64,000 nt of DNA, from the NCBI GenBank assembly GCA_049997855.1, contig JBEKSG010000001.1, positions 58,059-122,058 on the forward strand, written 5' to 3'. Positions within the stretch are counted from its first letter, which is position 1. Each line of letters begins with the position of its first letter. The translations under genes were made by a program, and so were the position numbers. The notes below the pieces were generated by a model, which was not told where the DNA came from, searched no databases, and was given only the letters and a program-made list of their open reading frames with translations. Below, piece after piece: positions 16,794 through 25,733 of the stretch. The DNA is from Minisyncoccia bacterium. Its GTDB lineage: Bacteria > Patescibacteriota > Minisyncoccia > Phycocordibacterales > SBAW01.

Positions 16794-18983
16794 ATGATAA
16801 AAATTATGAAAAAACTCCTTACCAGCATCGCGACCATAGCGGCGGCTACGTTGTTTCTCGCCTCGGCGGGGCTTGCGTCAGCGTCATCTGTTGTCCCTGT
16901 GTACAACTTACAGCCGAGCTGGACAGCAGTCGGCGGTGTGGGCGTCTGGGCCGCGTATTACGCGCCTGATTCACAAGTCAGTTCTGGCATATCACCAGGA
17001 ACGACAGCAATCTACGATGGACGTGCGGCTGGCGTCATTAAGGCCGGTATTACCGCAGAACCGTCTGGGCCAAACGCAGGACACTACATGGATGAAGGTC
17101 TCCTAGGCTTTCAAGTGCCGAATGTAAGCCTCTCTTCATTCGCTTCGCAGACGCTCACATATGACGTCGATAAACAGACAGGCACAAACCCAGTGTGGGT
17201 ACGTATCAGACTGACAGATACAAATCAAACTGAATACCAGTTCATACCAACCACTAATCCCGCAGGCTGGCACACGGTTGACGCCGCTGCCGGGCAATGG
17301 CAGTTAATGGATGCCAATGGCGATGGCACTGGCCCAATGATGACACTTGCGCAGGTCGCTGCGGCCAATCCCGGGTTGGCGGTAGACCGCGTCTACTTGA
17401 CGTTGGGTATGGGCGATTCGTACAACGTAAGTCCCGGTGTCGGGACCGAAGCGTGGGTTGATACAGTCACAGTCGGCGGGACGACATATGATTTTGCACT
17501 TTCAGCGGTCACTGTCACGATAGATAAATTTATCGATGGGCACATGGCAACGGCGGCGAGCGCGAATAATTCCGCGTTCCCGATGGTTTCATCATGGACA
17601 AACGCTCCCAGTTACGGCAGTGGCAATTACGATCTCGGAACAGATGATTCATATCAAGCTGTTACGTCATCCATGAACGGAGGTGCGAGCTACACGACCA
17701 ATGAAGTAACCGCTCCATCTTCTGTCGTTGGCACAGACTGTACGACAGGAGATCCGTACGCACTCGTCGGTTATTCCTCCGGTCCGGATCTTACAACTGC
17801 AGAGGCGGCGACCCAGAGCCTGACACCTCCAAACTTCACTACTCTCACTCAAAATGAAGTGGTAATCGTCTGGAACAAGGAATGCCTCGCAGCCCCGACT
17901 CCGCTCGCTCCAGCAAATGGCACCATAACAACGACCGCAGGCTTTACCTCGGTGAGTTGGAATTCGGTAACGGATCAGGCCGGCGGCATCACGTATGTCT
18001 ACCAATCCTCTAATTCTTCGGCCACGAAACCTGATGGTTCGTTCGTGACACCGGCATACACCTCTGGATCCCTAACCGCAACGAACATCCCGACATCCGG
18101 AACTCCGGCAGGCACTTACTACTGGCACGTGCAGGCGAAAGATGCCGATGGCAACGTCAGCCCATGGAGTACGATGTGGTCGGTTACAGTCATCAACACT
18201 CCCGCAGTGATCACCAATCCTGCCACTAACGTGACTGCAACTGATGCAACACTCAACGGTGTCAATGAGGGGAACGGTGCTGGCGGACACTCGTTCTGGG
18301 TTTCGCTTGCTCCGTTCGTCACTACGAGCCCGACCATTCCGGCTGGCGTTTATTCCACGCCTGTTCTTCCGGGCGTTGCGGCGAACACGGCATTTTCTGA
18401 TCCTCTTTCGCTGGTTACCACGAACGGTATTCCAGGTAACATGCCCGCAATAACGCCAAGCACGAAGTACTACTACGCAGCATGGGCTTACATCGGTGGC
18501 ACCTGGTATCCGGGCGCAGTCTTAAACTTCACCACCCTCGCCGCACCAGTCCTCCTTCCGACTCCGGTCAATGCGTGTTCTAACCTCACGAGCCCTCCTG
18601 CAAACTACGTGCTGAAGAACGGCGTGGCGGGCAACGGCACATACGCACTTGCGCCATACACAATGTTCGTTGGCAAAGCCGGTAATTACACCGTGACCGG
18701 CTCCGGCGGGGATTACATCATCTGTCTCCCCAACGGAAACGGTACGGTCAATCTCGGCTACGGCAACGATACGGTCGTGACCGGCAACGGCAATCAGAAC
18801 ATCACGGTCGGCGCGGGCAATAGCGTCATCACGACCGGCAATGGCAACAGCAAGATTACCGCAGGCGCGGGCAATGACACCATCACCGTCGGCAATGGCA
18901 ACAATACAATCATCGCAGGCGGAGGCGCGAGCATTTGCCATGTCGGCAAAGGTCTCAATTCCATCACCGGCTGCACGCACTAG
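16794..18983 (+). CDS. Large secreted protein with FN3-like domains and C-terminal Gly/Asn-rich beta-roll-like repeats (GNGNxxITxGxGN)
   Basis: Signal peptide; FN3-like segment PAGTYYWHVQAKDADGNVSPWS; C-terminal GNDTVVTGNGNQNITVGAGNSVITTGNGNSKITAGAGNDTITVGNGNNTIIAGGGAS. Confidence 0.5.
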   Translation: MIKIMKKLLTSIATIAAATLFLASAGLASASSVVPVYNLQPSWTAVGGVGVWAAYYAPDSQVSSGISPGTTAIYDGRAAGVIKAGITAEPSGPNAGHYMDEGLLGFQVPNVSLSSFASQTLTYDVDKQTGTNPVWVRIRLTDTNQTEYQFIPTTNPAGWHTVDAAAGQWQLMDANGDGTGPMMTLAQVAAANPGLAVDRVYLTLGMGDSYNVSPGVGTEAWVDTVTVGGTTYDFALSAVTVTIDKFIDGHMATAASANNSAFPMVSSWTNAPSYGSGNYDLGTDDSYQAVTSSMNGGASYTTNEVTAPSSVVGTDCTTGDPYALVGYSSGPDLTTAEAATQSLTPPNFTTLTQNEVVIVWNKECLAAPTPLAPANGTITTTAGFTSVSWNSVTDQAGGITYVYQSSNSSATKPDGSFVTPAYTSGSLTATNIPTSGTPAGTYYWHVQAKDADGNVSPWSTMWSVTVINTPAVITNPATNVTATDATLNGVNEGNGAGGHSFWVSLAPFVTTSPTIPAGVYSTPVLPGVAANTAFSDPLSLVTTNGIPGNMPAITPSTKYYYAAWAYIGGTWYPGAVLNFTTLAAPVLLPTPVNACSNLTSPPANYVLKNGVAGNGTYALAPYTMFVGKAGNYTVTGSGGDYIICLPNGNGTVNLGYGNDTVVTGNGNQNITVGAGNSVITTGNGNSKITAGAGNDTITVGNGNNTIIAGGGASICHVGKGLNSITGCTH

Positions 18984-19150
18984 CTTTCGTCGAACATCAT
19001 ATGAAAAAGACGTAATTATCAAATAAATCGAAGGTGAGGATGACGGCGCCTCGGCGCATCGAATCCTCCCTTCTCATAAAGCCTTGTTTCTGGTATAAGA
19101 GACAGACCTCAAACACCCCAACGAGGCTTTAGAGAGGGAAACAATACATT

Positions 19151-22100
19151 ATGCATATACTGAAAAAGGATTGGACGTTGCCCACAGCCTCGCTAAGCGC
19201 TTTTTTGGTTCTTTCTCTTGTTGCCATTTCTTTCGGTATCTCGGCGCATGCTCAAACGGTGCCGACCGTTGCGCTTGCTCCCATCACGGGTCCTACGGTC
19301 ACCGTCGGAGATATTGCCACCTTTACCGCAAGCGCGACTGATTCAGATGCGAGCAGTACCATTGCCTACGGTCTCTCCGCCGCGCCTTCCGGCGCCATCA
19401 TCGACCCCACAGCCGGCACCTTCTTGTGGGATACCACCGGCGCTACGCCCGACACCTACACCTTTTCGGTAACGGCAACCGGCTCAACCGGCGGGTCCGA
19501 CAGCCAGAATGTCTCGATTGTCGTCAACGCTCCCGTCGTTCCGTCAGATGCAGACGCGTCTTCAACAGACCCCGATTTGCAAACACAGGTTGCCACCTCG
19601 ACCGACGGCACCGGCGGCACCGCCACCACGACCGGCGGGACAGTAACTACCGGCGACGCGGTTGCAACATCCAGCGTCGACAATGAGCTCAACTCCAACA
19701 CCACCGACCCCGACCAGCCGGGAAGAACAAACTCTTCAACCATTACGAGCGACAACACTAACGTCGGTGCGCTCGACAGTGTCGCAACCTCAACGGCGGA
19801 TACCGGCAGCAACACCGTGACCGGCGGCACTGCGGATAACACGATCGTCACCGGCGACGCCGTCTCAACCTCCAACGTCATCAACGAGGTCAATACCAAC
19901 ATCTTTAACTCCGACGGCCTCATCCTTTTTATCAACCAGCTCTTTGGCGGCGGTTTTGATATCAACGATTACGACCTTTCATACTTTTTTGCGGGCGGTC
20001 CCGGGATGTCAGAGACAACCAACCCGACCACCGGCAAGCCGCAATGCACTCTGCTCACGTGCCTCAATAGCAGCTCGCTCAACGTTCTTAATAGCAACAC
20101 GGCAACGGTAACCAACAGCGTTATCGTGCGCTCCTCAACCGGCGACAACACCGCTTCTTCCACCGGCGATGCCACCATAGACACCGGCAGCGCCTACGCC
20201 GCAGCCAACGTGGTCAACCTCGTCAACACCAACATCGTCAATTCGAGCTATCTCTTGCTCTCATTTAATAACTTTGGCGATTTGAGCGCCAATATCACGC
20301 TCCCCGGCAATGACTTTTTCCAACAGCTTTTTGCAAACGGCGAGGCGACCTCCTCGATGAACTCGAGCACCTATGCGGTAGACAACGTTAACAGCGTCGA
20401 CTTTACCGGCACCACGACGGCGGATGCGACAACGGGCGACAATATGGCATCGACAACCACCGCCGACGCGTCAACCACGCCAAGCGGCAGCGGGGTGGTT
20501 GCCACCGGCGACGCCTATTCATCGGCAAACACCTACAATCAGGCAAATACCAACGACGTCGGGGGCACCTCCGTCTTCATGCTCTTTCGCGTGGCGGGCA
20601 ATTGGACAGGGTCGGTCATCGGTTTGCCTGCCGGTATAACCGAGTCAACATTTCCCGACGGCAACGACCAACTCATTGAGTTTGTCTCGACCGGAGCTTC
20701 GACGACGCTTGCGACCGATTGGCTGCAAAAGTACAATTCCTCGCACTTTCTCGCGGCCGCGACAAGCACTGCCAATGTCGACAACGACGTTACGGTGTCT
20801 GCGGACACGGGCAGTAATCAGGCAACCACGGACACCGGCACCTCGTCGGTTACCACCGGCAACGCCTATGCGGCGGCGAGCGTGGTCAACCTCATAAACA
20901 CCAACATCGTCGGGCAAAATTGGATATTCTCCGTTTTTAACATCTTTGGCAATTTTAGTGGCGATATTGTCTTTGGCGGCAGCCTCAATCTTTCGCTGAG
21001 CGCGCTCACATCGACAAGCAATACATCTCCAAGCTCGGATGTGACCTATACCTTTACGGTGACAAACTCGGGCGATGCGGATGCAAGCAGCGTTCTTTTG
21101 AATGCAACCTTCGACAATACCTTGCTGTCGTTTGCTCCCACAGACATAGATGCCACATCGACTCCCGCGGGCGAGTCATGGAATCTTGGTCTTATTCCAC
21201 AAGGGCAGAGCCGGACCTTCAGCTTTACGGCGCATGTGGGCAGCAACTTCCCTGCCGGGCAATCGGCTACGGTCCCTCTGACAGCTGCGGTAGTAAACGA
21301 CAGCATCACGGCCCCCAGCACAAGCAACACTGCCGACGCGTCGATTGTCGTTTCGTCGCCTGCAAACCCTTCGACAAGCTCAGGATCTTCGAGCGGCGGT
21401 GGAGGGGGCGGTGGAGGCGGCGTCCTCAGCAGTTCAAATCCGCTCAGCTCATACTCGAATGATCCCAAGCTTTCGCTTACCAAAACGGTGTCTATCGCAA
21501 CGACCAGCGCAACAACCTCTGTCGATTACAAAGTGGTAGTTACCGACGACAAAAGCGCAGGACCTCTCTTCAACTCGTACCTTACCGACACGCTCACCGA
21601 CCCTACCGGCAAAGTGATGATGCAGCGCTCGTGGAATCTCGATACAATCAACCCGGGAGACGAAATAGACCTCACCTACTCGATAGTGTATGCCGCCACC
21701 TCGACTCCCGGCATCTACAACAACGTCGCGCAAGTCACCGGGTATAAAAACTACAGCGGGCTCGCGTACGGGACTCTAATATCGCCATTGGCGGCTACCG
21801 GCACGGTGTTGTTTACCCCGGAGGGCTACGTCGTCGCATCGAGCACGTCGGAGGGTATTGTCCTCGGTGCATCAACCTCTACCCCCTCTATTACCACTCC
21901 GACATCTTGCTCGCCTCTGCTCTCCACCTTCCTCGGTCGTGGTAGGGCAAACGATGCCGGTCAAGTAATGAAGCTCCAGCAGTTTCTTAACGATGAAGTG
22001 GAAGCCGCACTCCCAATCACCGGCGTCTTTGGCCCGCTCACCGAGGGGGCGGTAAAAGCGTTTCAAAGTAAGTATAAGGACCAGATACTCGCTCCGCTCG

Positions 22101-22378
22101 GCCTTACCGCTCCAACCGGCATAGTACTTTCCGCGACGCAGAGCCAAATAAACGCCTTGGTCTGCAATAATACCGGGTTGAGTTATCTCTTTACCACTGC
22201 TGAGCAAGTTACGAGCGTAGCGGCGCCAATGATAGCGCCGGTATATGTACCTAAGCCGCACATTGTAAAAACGCCAAGAGTGCCACAAACAGCTGCTGCT
22301 CCAACAACTGTTTCCGCCACTCCCGCCGCACCAAAGGCCGGACCCTTGGGATGGATCAAAAACCTATTTTCGTTCTAA
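19151..22378 (+). CDS. Very large (1075 aa) secreted surface protein: N-terminal TGDxxA...NTNIV repeat region, DUF11-like domains, poly-Gly linker, C-terminal peptidoglycan-binding domain
   Basis: Signal peptide; at least 5 repeats such as TGGTADNTIVTGDAVSTSNVINEVNTNIFN; C-terminus GRGRANDAGQVMKLQQFLN...GVFGPLTEGAVKAFQ paralogous to the 13516 C-terminus. Confidence 0.65.
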   Translation: MHILKKDWTLPTASLSAFLVLSLVAISFGISAHAQTVPTVALAPITGPTVTVGDIATFTASATDSDASSTIAYGLSAAPSGAIIDPTAGTFLWDTTGATPDTYTFSVTATGSTGGSDSQNVSIVVNAPVVPSDADASSTDPDLQTQVATSTDGTGGTATTTGGTVTTGDAVATSSVDNELNSNTTDPDQPGRTNSSTITSDNTNVGALDSVATSTADTGSNTVTGGTADNTIVTGDAVSTSNVINEVNTNIFNSDGLILFINQLFGGGFDINDYDLSYFFAGGPGMSETTNPTTGKPQCTLLTCLNSSSLNVLNSNTATVTNSVIVRSSTGDNTASSTGDATIDTGSAYAAANVVNLVNTNIVNSSYLLLSFNNFGDLSANITLPGNDFFQQLFANGEATSSMNSSTYAVDNVNSVDFTGTTTADATTGDNMASTTTADASTTPSGSGVVATGDAYSSANTYNQANTNDVGGTSVFMLFRVAGNWTGSVIGLPAGITESTFPDGNDQLIEFVSTGASTTLATDWLQKYNSSHFLAAATSTANVDNDVTVSADTGSNQATTDTGTSSVTTGNAYAAASVVNLINTNIVGQNWIFSVFNIFGNFSGDIVFGGSLNLSLSALTSTSNTSPSSDVTYTFTVTNSGDADASSVLLNATFDNTLLSFAPTDIDATSTPAGESWNLGLIPQGQSRTFSFTAHVGSNFPAGQSATVPLTAAVVNDSITAPSTSNTADASIVVSSPANPSTSSGSSSGGGGGGGGGVLSSSNPLSSYSNDPKLSLTKTVSIATTSATTSVDYKVVVTDDKSAGPLFNSYLTDTLTDPTGKVMMQRSWNLDTINPGDEIDLTYSIVYAATSTPGIYNNVAQVTGYKNYSGLAYGTLISPLAATGTVLFTPEGYVVASSTSEGIVLGASTSTPSITTPTSCSPLLSTFLGRGRANDAGQVMKLQQFLNDEVEAALPITGVFGPLTEGAVKAFQSKYKDQILAPLGLTAPTGIVLSATQSQINALVCNNTGLSYLFTTAEQVTSVAAPMIAPVYVPKPHIVKTPRVPQTAAAPTTVSATPAAPKAGPLGWIKNLFSF

Positions 22379-22423
22379 ATCGCAGTATAATGGGTTGATA
22401 CGGAGCGTACCCACCAACAACCT

Positions 22424-22939
22424 ATGAACTACCAGATAGCCATACTATGTATCGTGTTGGCAGCACTCCTGCCTGCCTCTGTGCATGCGCAAGTAATTTC
22501 TAACGTCAGCGCCTCTTCAGATACAGGAGGCAATACCGCAGAGAGCGGCACGGTTACCACAGGCGCATCAAGCGCCTCGGTGAAGGTAGAAAACATAAGC
22601 GGGGGAGGGGGAGGCACAGCAACCGTGCATATTGAGACCAGCGTAAATGGACAAACACACGAAGAAACCTACACTATGCCTGGCGGAAGCATCGGCGTCT
22701 CGGTCGTTGCAACCTCAAGCGGCTACGAGGCGCATGTGTGGGAGCCGGGGGCATCAACGCCTCAAAGCGGGAGCGTACACCGCGGAGCCTACGCATTAAC
22801 CTCTCTTTTGGAACACAACCAAGCGTCTACGAGCATCGCTTCCTCCATCGCAAGCTCTACAGCACAGGCGCATTTTATTGGGCGGATTTCAAGCTGGTTT
22901 GAGAGATTATTTAATATCTTCGGCTGGTTCGGCAAATAG
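22424..22939 (+). CDS. Small secreted protein of the same Thr/Gly repeat family
   Basis: Signal peptide; DTGGNTAESGTVTTGASSASVKVENISGG. Confidence 0.5.
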   Translation: MNYQIAILCIVLAALLPASVHAQVISNVSASSDTGGNTAESGTVTTGASSASVKVENISGGGGGTATVHIETSVNGQTHEETYTMPGGSIGVSVVATSSGYEAHVWEPGASTPQSGSVHRGAYALTSLLEHNQASTSIASSIASSTAQAHFIGRISSWFERLFNIFGWFGK

Positions 22940-22980
22940 TCGCTGGAGTATATAGAACATTTGACCGTAGTGTATACTAT

Positions 22981-24366
22981 ATGCATATGAGTAACTTGGT
23001 AAAAGCCCTCGTGGCTTTGGGCGCGGCAATTTTATTGGTAGGCAGTTTTTCGTTCGCATATGCACAAGGTTTGGACATTGGACAGTTGCAATCTCGCAGT
23101 AGCATATCCGGCGCTATCAATGCTTTCGTCGATCAACTGAAAGCAAAAGGCGACCCCGTCCCCGCAGAGGACCGCGATGCATATATCAACGGCAATAGTT
23201 TGGCGCGGTCCGGTGCCGCGTTCCAACCATACATCAAGGTGTGCACCGATGCGGGAGTAGGGCAGGCAAGCTGCAACGCGCGCGTCATTACCGACTCTGC
23301 CGGCGTGCCGGTTACTAATGCACGGAATCCGTCACAGTCATCGGCACTCCCCGCGGGCTACGGACCGGCGCAGTTCCACGGCGCCTACAACTTGCCGCTG
23401 ACCGCGGCGGCGGGCACACCGATCATCGCCATCGTCGATGCGTATGATGACCCGAACATTGCAAGCGACCTCAACACCTACAGCACCATGTACGGCTTAC
23501 CTCAATGCACTACCGCAAACGGATGCTTTAAGAAAGTAAATCAAACCGGCGGCACTAAATATCCAAACTCCAACGCCGGCTGGGCGCTTGAGATTTCGCT
23601 TGATGTCGAAATTGCGCATGCCACATGCCAAAATTGCAACATTATGCTTGTCGAAGCCAACTCGGCCACCTATACCAACCTTATGGCCGCAGAGGACTAC
23701 GCAATAGCTCATGCATCCGTGGTCTCAAACTCCTGGGGTAGCGGCGAGTTCGGCGGAGCCTCAGGCGAAACGTCCTATGACTATCACTTTACCAATCCAA
23801 ACCACCCGGGTGTGGCTATTACCTTTAGCGCCGGAGACGGCGGCTATGGCGCGGAGTACCCGGCTTCCTCGCCGTATGTCACGGCGGTCGGCGGCACTTC
23901 ATTGTCTGTAAACTCGCTCGGCAACAATACGTATAGCTATAAGAGCGAGAGCGCATGGAGCGGGACAGGGAGCGGTTGCAGCTCCTACGAGCCGCAACCG
24001 TCTTGGCAAACTGCATTAGGTCTTTCGGGATGTTCTAAACGAATAGTTGCCGATGTTTCGGCAGATGCCGATCCTAATACCGGCGCGGCGGTGTACGACT
24101 CGGTGCGCTACGCAGGCATGAGCGGTTGGTTCCAAGTCGGAGGCACGAGCCTGGCGTCGCCCATCATTGCGGCAACGTATGCCCTTTCGGGCAACATTCC
24201 CGCCAATACGTCTGAAAATTCTATCCCGTATAAAAACGTGGGCGATTTGCGCGATGTGACATCGGGCAGCAACGGCTCTTGCGGCGGCTCATACCTCTGC
24301 ACGGCCATGCCTGGCTTTGACGGTCCTACCGGCGAGGGCACTCCCAACGGCACAGCGGCATTTTAG
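22981..24366 (+). CDS. Secreted serine peptidase, sedolisin-like (S53; possibly S8 clan)
   Basis: Signal peptide; EISLDVEIAHA (sedolisin GExxLDVE-type Glu/Asp motif); catalytic Ser motif GGTSLASPIIAA; no HGT His motif. Confidence 0.55.
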   Translation: MHMSNLVKALVALGAAILLVGSFSFAYAQGLDIGQLQSRSSISGAINAFVDQLKAKGDPVPAEDRDAYINGNSLARSGAAFQPYIKVCTDAGVGQASCNARVITDSAGVPVTNARNPSQSSALPAGYGPAQFHGAYNLPLTAAAGTPIIAIVDAYDDPNIASDLNTYSTMYGLPQCTTANGCFKKVNQTGGTKYPNSNAGWALEISLDVEIAHATCQNCNIMLVEANSATYTNLMAAEDYAIAHASVVSNSWGSGEFGGASGETSYDYHFTNPNHPGVAITFSAGDGGYGAEYPASSPYVTAVGGTSLSVNSLGNNTYSYKSESAWSGTGSGCSSYEPQPSWQTALGLSGCSKRIVADVSADADPNTGAAVYDSVRYAGMSGWFQVGGTSLASPIIAATYALSGNIPANTSENSIPYKNVGDLRDVTSGSNGSCGGSYLCTAMPGFDGPTGEGTPNGTAAF

Positions 24367-24371
24367 GATGT

Positions 24372-25130
24372 TTATTGCGCAAGCACTTCTTCGATAACTT
24401 TTGCCGTTTCTATTGGACCCGACACTTCTTGCGTGCGTATGCCGGTAGGAATTACTACGGCGTCGTTTCCGCCCTCTTTGAGCGCATCGCCTACATAAAG
24501 CATGCTTGAGATAGGAATGCCGCTCATTTTTGCAAGCTCTCCAAGCCCGTAGGCTTTGGTGATGCCTTTGCGCGTGATATCTATGGTCGTGAGGCCGCCT
24601 GTGGCGTTTGCAAATTCCGGCAGCTCCCGCACGAGCGCCTCATGAAGTTTTTGTCGCATGTCGTCATGGCTCTTATGCCACACCTCTTTTTCTTTGAGAG
24701 GCGCTTGTTGCCCCAGGGGAGAAAACGCGATTTCCGCATCGCGGTCTTCAACACGCTCGCCCCACACGCGCACCGGCGCGTGTGAGAGACCCACTTCGGC
24801 AAGCGCTTGTGCGAGAACGCTCATAATGTGCTCTTTCTCTTCGTGAGTGAAGGCTTTGTTATAAACCGTTTGCCAGGCGTTATGTTTGTACTGCCAGCAT
24901 TGCGCCGCGCTGTCAGGAAATATATACAGGTGTGCGAAGTTGATGTCTGTCGGGAGTGCAGGCAAAAATTGCCTTTCAAATTGGGGAAAACCGGCTCCCG
25001 ACATCACCGCAACCGGCATTTTTTGCAGGAGTTTTCCTAACAGCTCGCCCATTTCTTTCGTGACAGGCTGTTTACTCTCGGCGAGCGTGCCGTCGAGATC
25101 GAATGCTACGAGCTTTGGCGTAAAATCCAT
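24372..25130 (-). CDS. HAD-IIB family hydrolase (phosphomannomutase/sugar-phosphatase-like)
   Basis: DLDGTL motif I (VAFDLDGTLAES), C-terminal YVGDALKEGGND (motif IV). Confidence 0.6.
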   Translation of the reverse strand: MDFTPKLVAFDLDGTLAESKQPVTKEMGELLGKLLQKMPVAVMSGAGFPQFERQFLPALPTDINFAHLYIFPDSAAQCWQYKHNAWQTVYNKAFTHEEKEHIMSVLAQALAEVGLSHAPVRVWGERVEDRDAEIAFSPLGQQAPLKEKEVWHKSHDDMRQKLHEALVRELPEFANATGGLTTIDITRKGITKAYGLGELAKMSGIPISSMLYVGDALKEGGNDAVVIPTGIRTQEVSGPIETAKVIEEVLAQ

Positions 25131-25177
25131 TTTTTCATTATACCATTGCTAAAAATCATTCTTTTGGTAAATTCTCC

Positions 25178-25191
25178 ATATTACGTAATAT
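25178..25191. promoter_or_regulatory. 14-bp perfect palindrome ATATTACGTAATAT (copy 1 of 3), upstream of the yerC-like gene
   Basis: Exact copies at 25653-25666 and 60599-60612. Confidence 0.5.
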
Positions 25192-25210
25192 CAATAATTA
25201 ACTCATCGGT

Positions 25211-25642
25211 ATGAAAGTACGAACAAAAGAGTTGGAAGAAAGTGTAAGAATCAAAGTTCTCGATGCCTTGTATACAGCAACTTCGGCAATACAGGGCCGC
25301 GCGGCCCTGAAGCTTTTCCTGCGCGATTTGTTGACCGAAAGCGAGAGAATTATGCTCGGGAGGAGAATACTCATTGCACAACAATTGCTCCAAGGCGAGC
25401 GACCTACGGCTATCGCTTCAAACCTCAAGGTGGGCTATGACAACATCTATCGTGTACAACGCTGGCTCAGCGATCAACTTCCTGGTTATGAGCAAGCGAT
25501 TAAGGAAATGGAAAAAGAACTGAAAAAGAGGCGAGACCATTATGAAGATAGGCGACTGTATGCGACTAATATGTTATATCGACTTAAGAAAAAATATCCC
25601 GGTCATTTTTTACTTTTTCCGACTCCAACTATAAAACAATAG
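25211..25642 (+). CDS. TrpR/YerC/YecD-family DNA-binding protein
   Basis: LLTESERIMLGRRILIAQQLLQGERPTAIASNLKVGYDNIYRVQRWL matches the YerC/TrpR helix pattern; gene is bracketed by identical palindromes. Confidence 0.5.
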   Translation: MKVRTKELEESVRIKVLDALYTATSAIQGRAALKLFLRDLLTESERIMLGRRILIAQQLLQGERPTAIASNLKVGYDNIYRVQRWLSDQLPGYEQAIKEMEKELKKRRDHYEDRRLYATNMLYRLKKKYPGHFLLFPTPTIKQ

Positions 25643-25652
25643 AAATATTATG

Positions 25653-25666
25653 ATATTACGTAATAT
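25653..25666. promoter_or_regulatory. 14-bp palindrome ATATTACGTAATAT (copy 2), between the yerC-like gene and the GH130 operon
   Basis: Direct sequence observation. Confidence 0.5.
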
Positions 25667-25733
25667 AGTAATATTCTTGGCAGAATAAACAAAAAGCGGA
25701 TATATCGCAAGCAGACCTATAAGGATCCTTATT

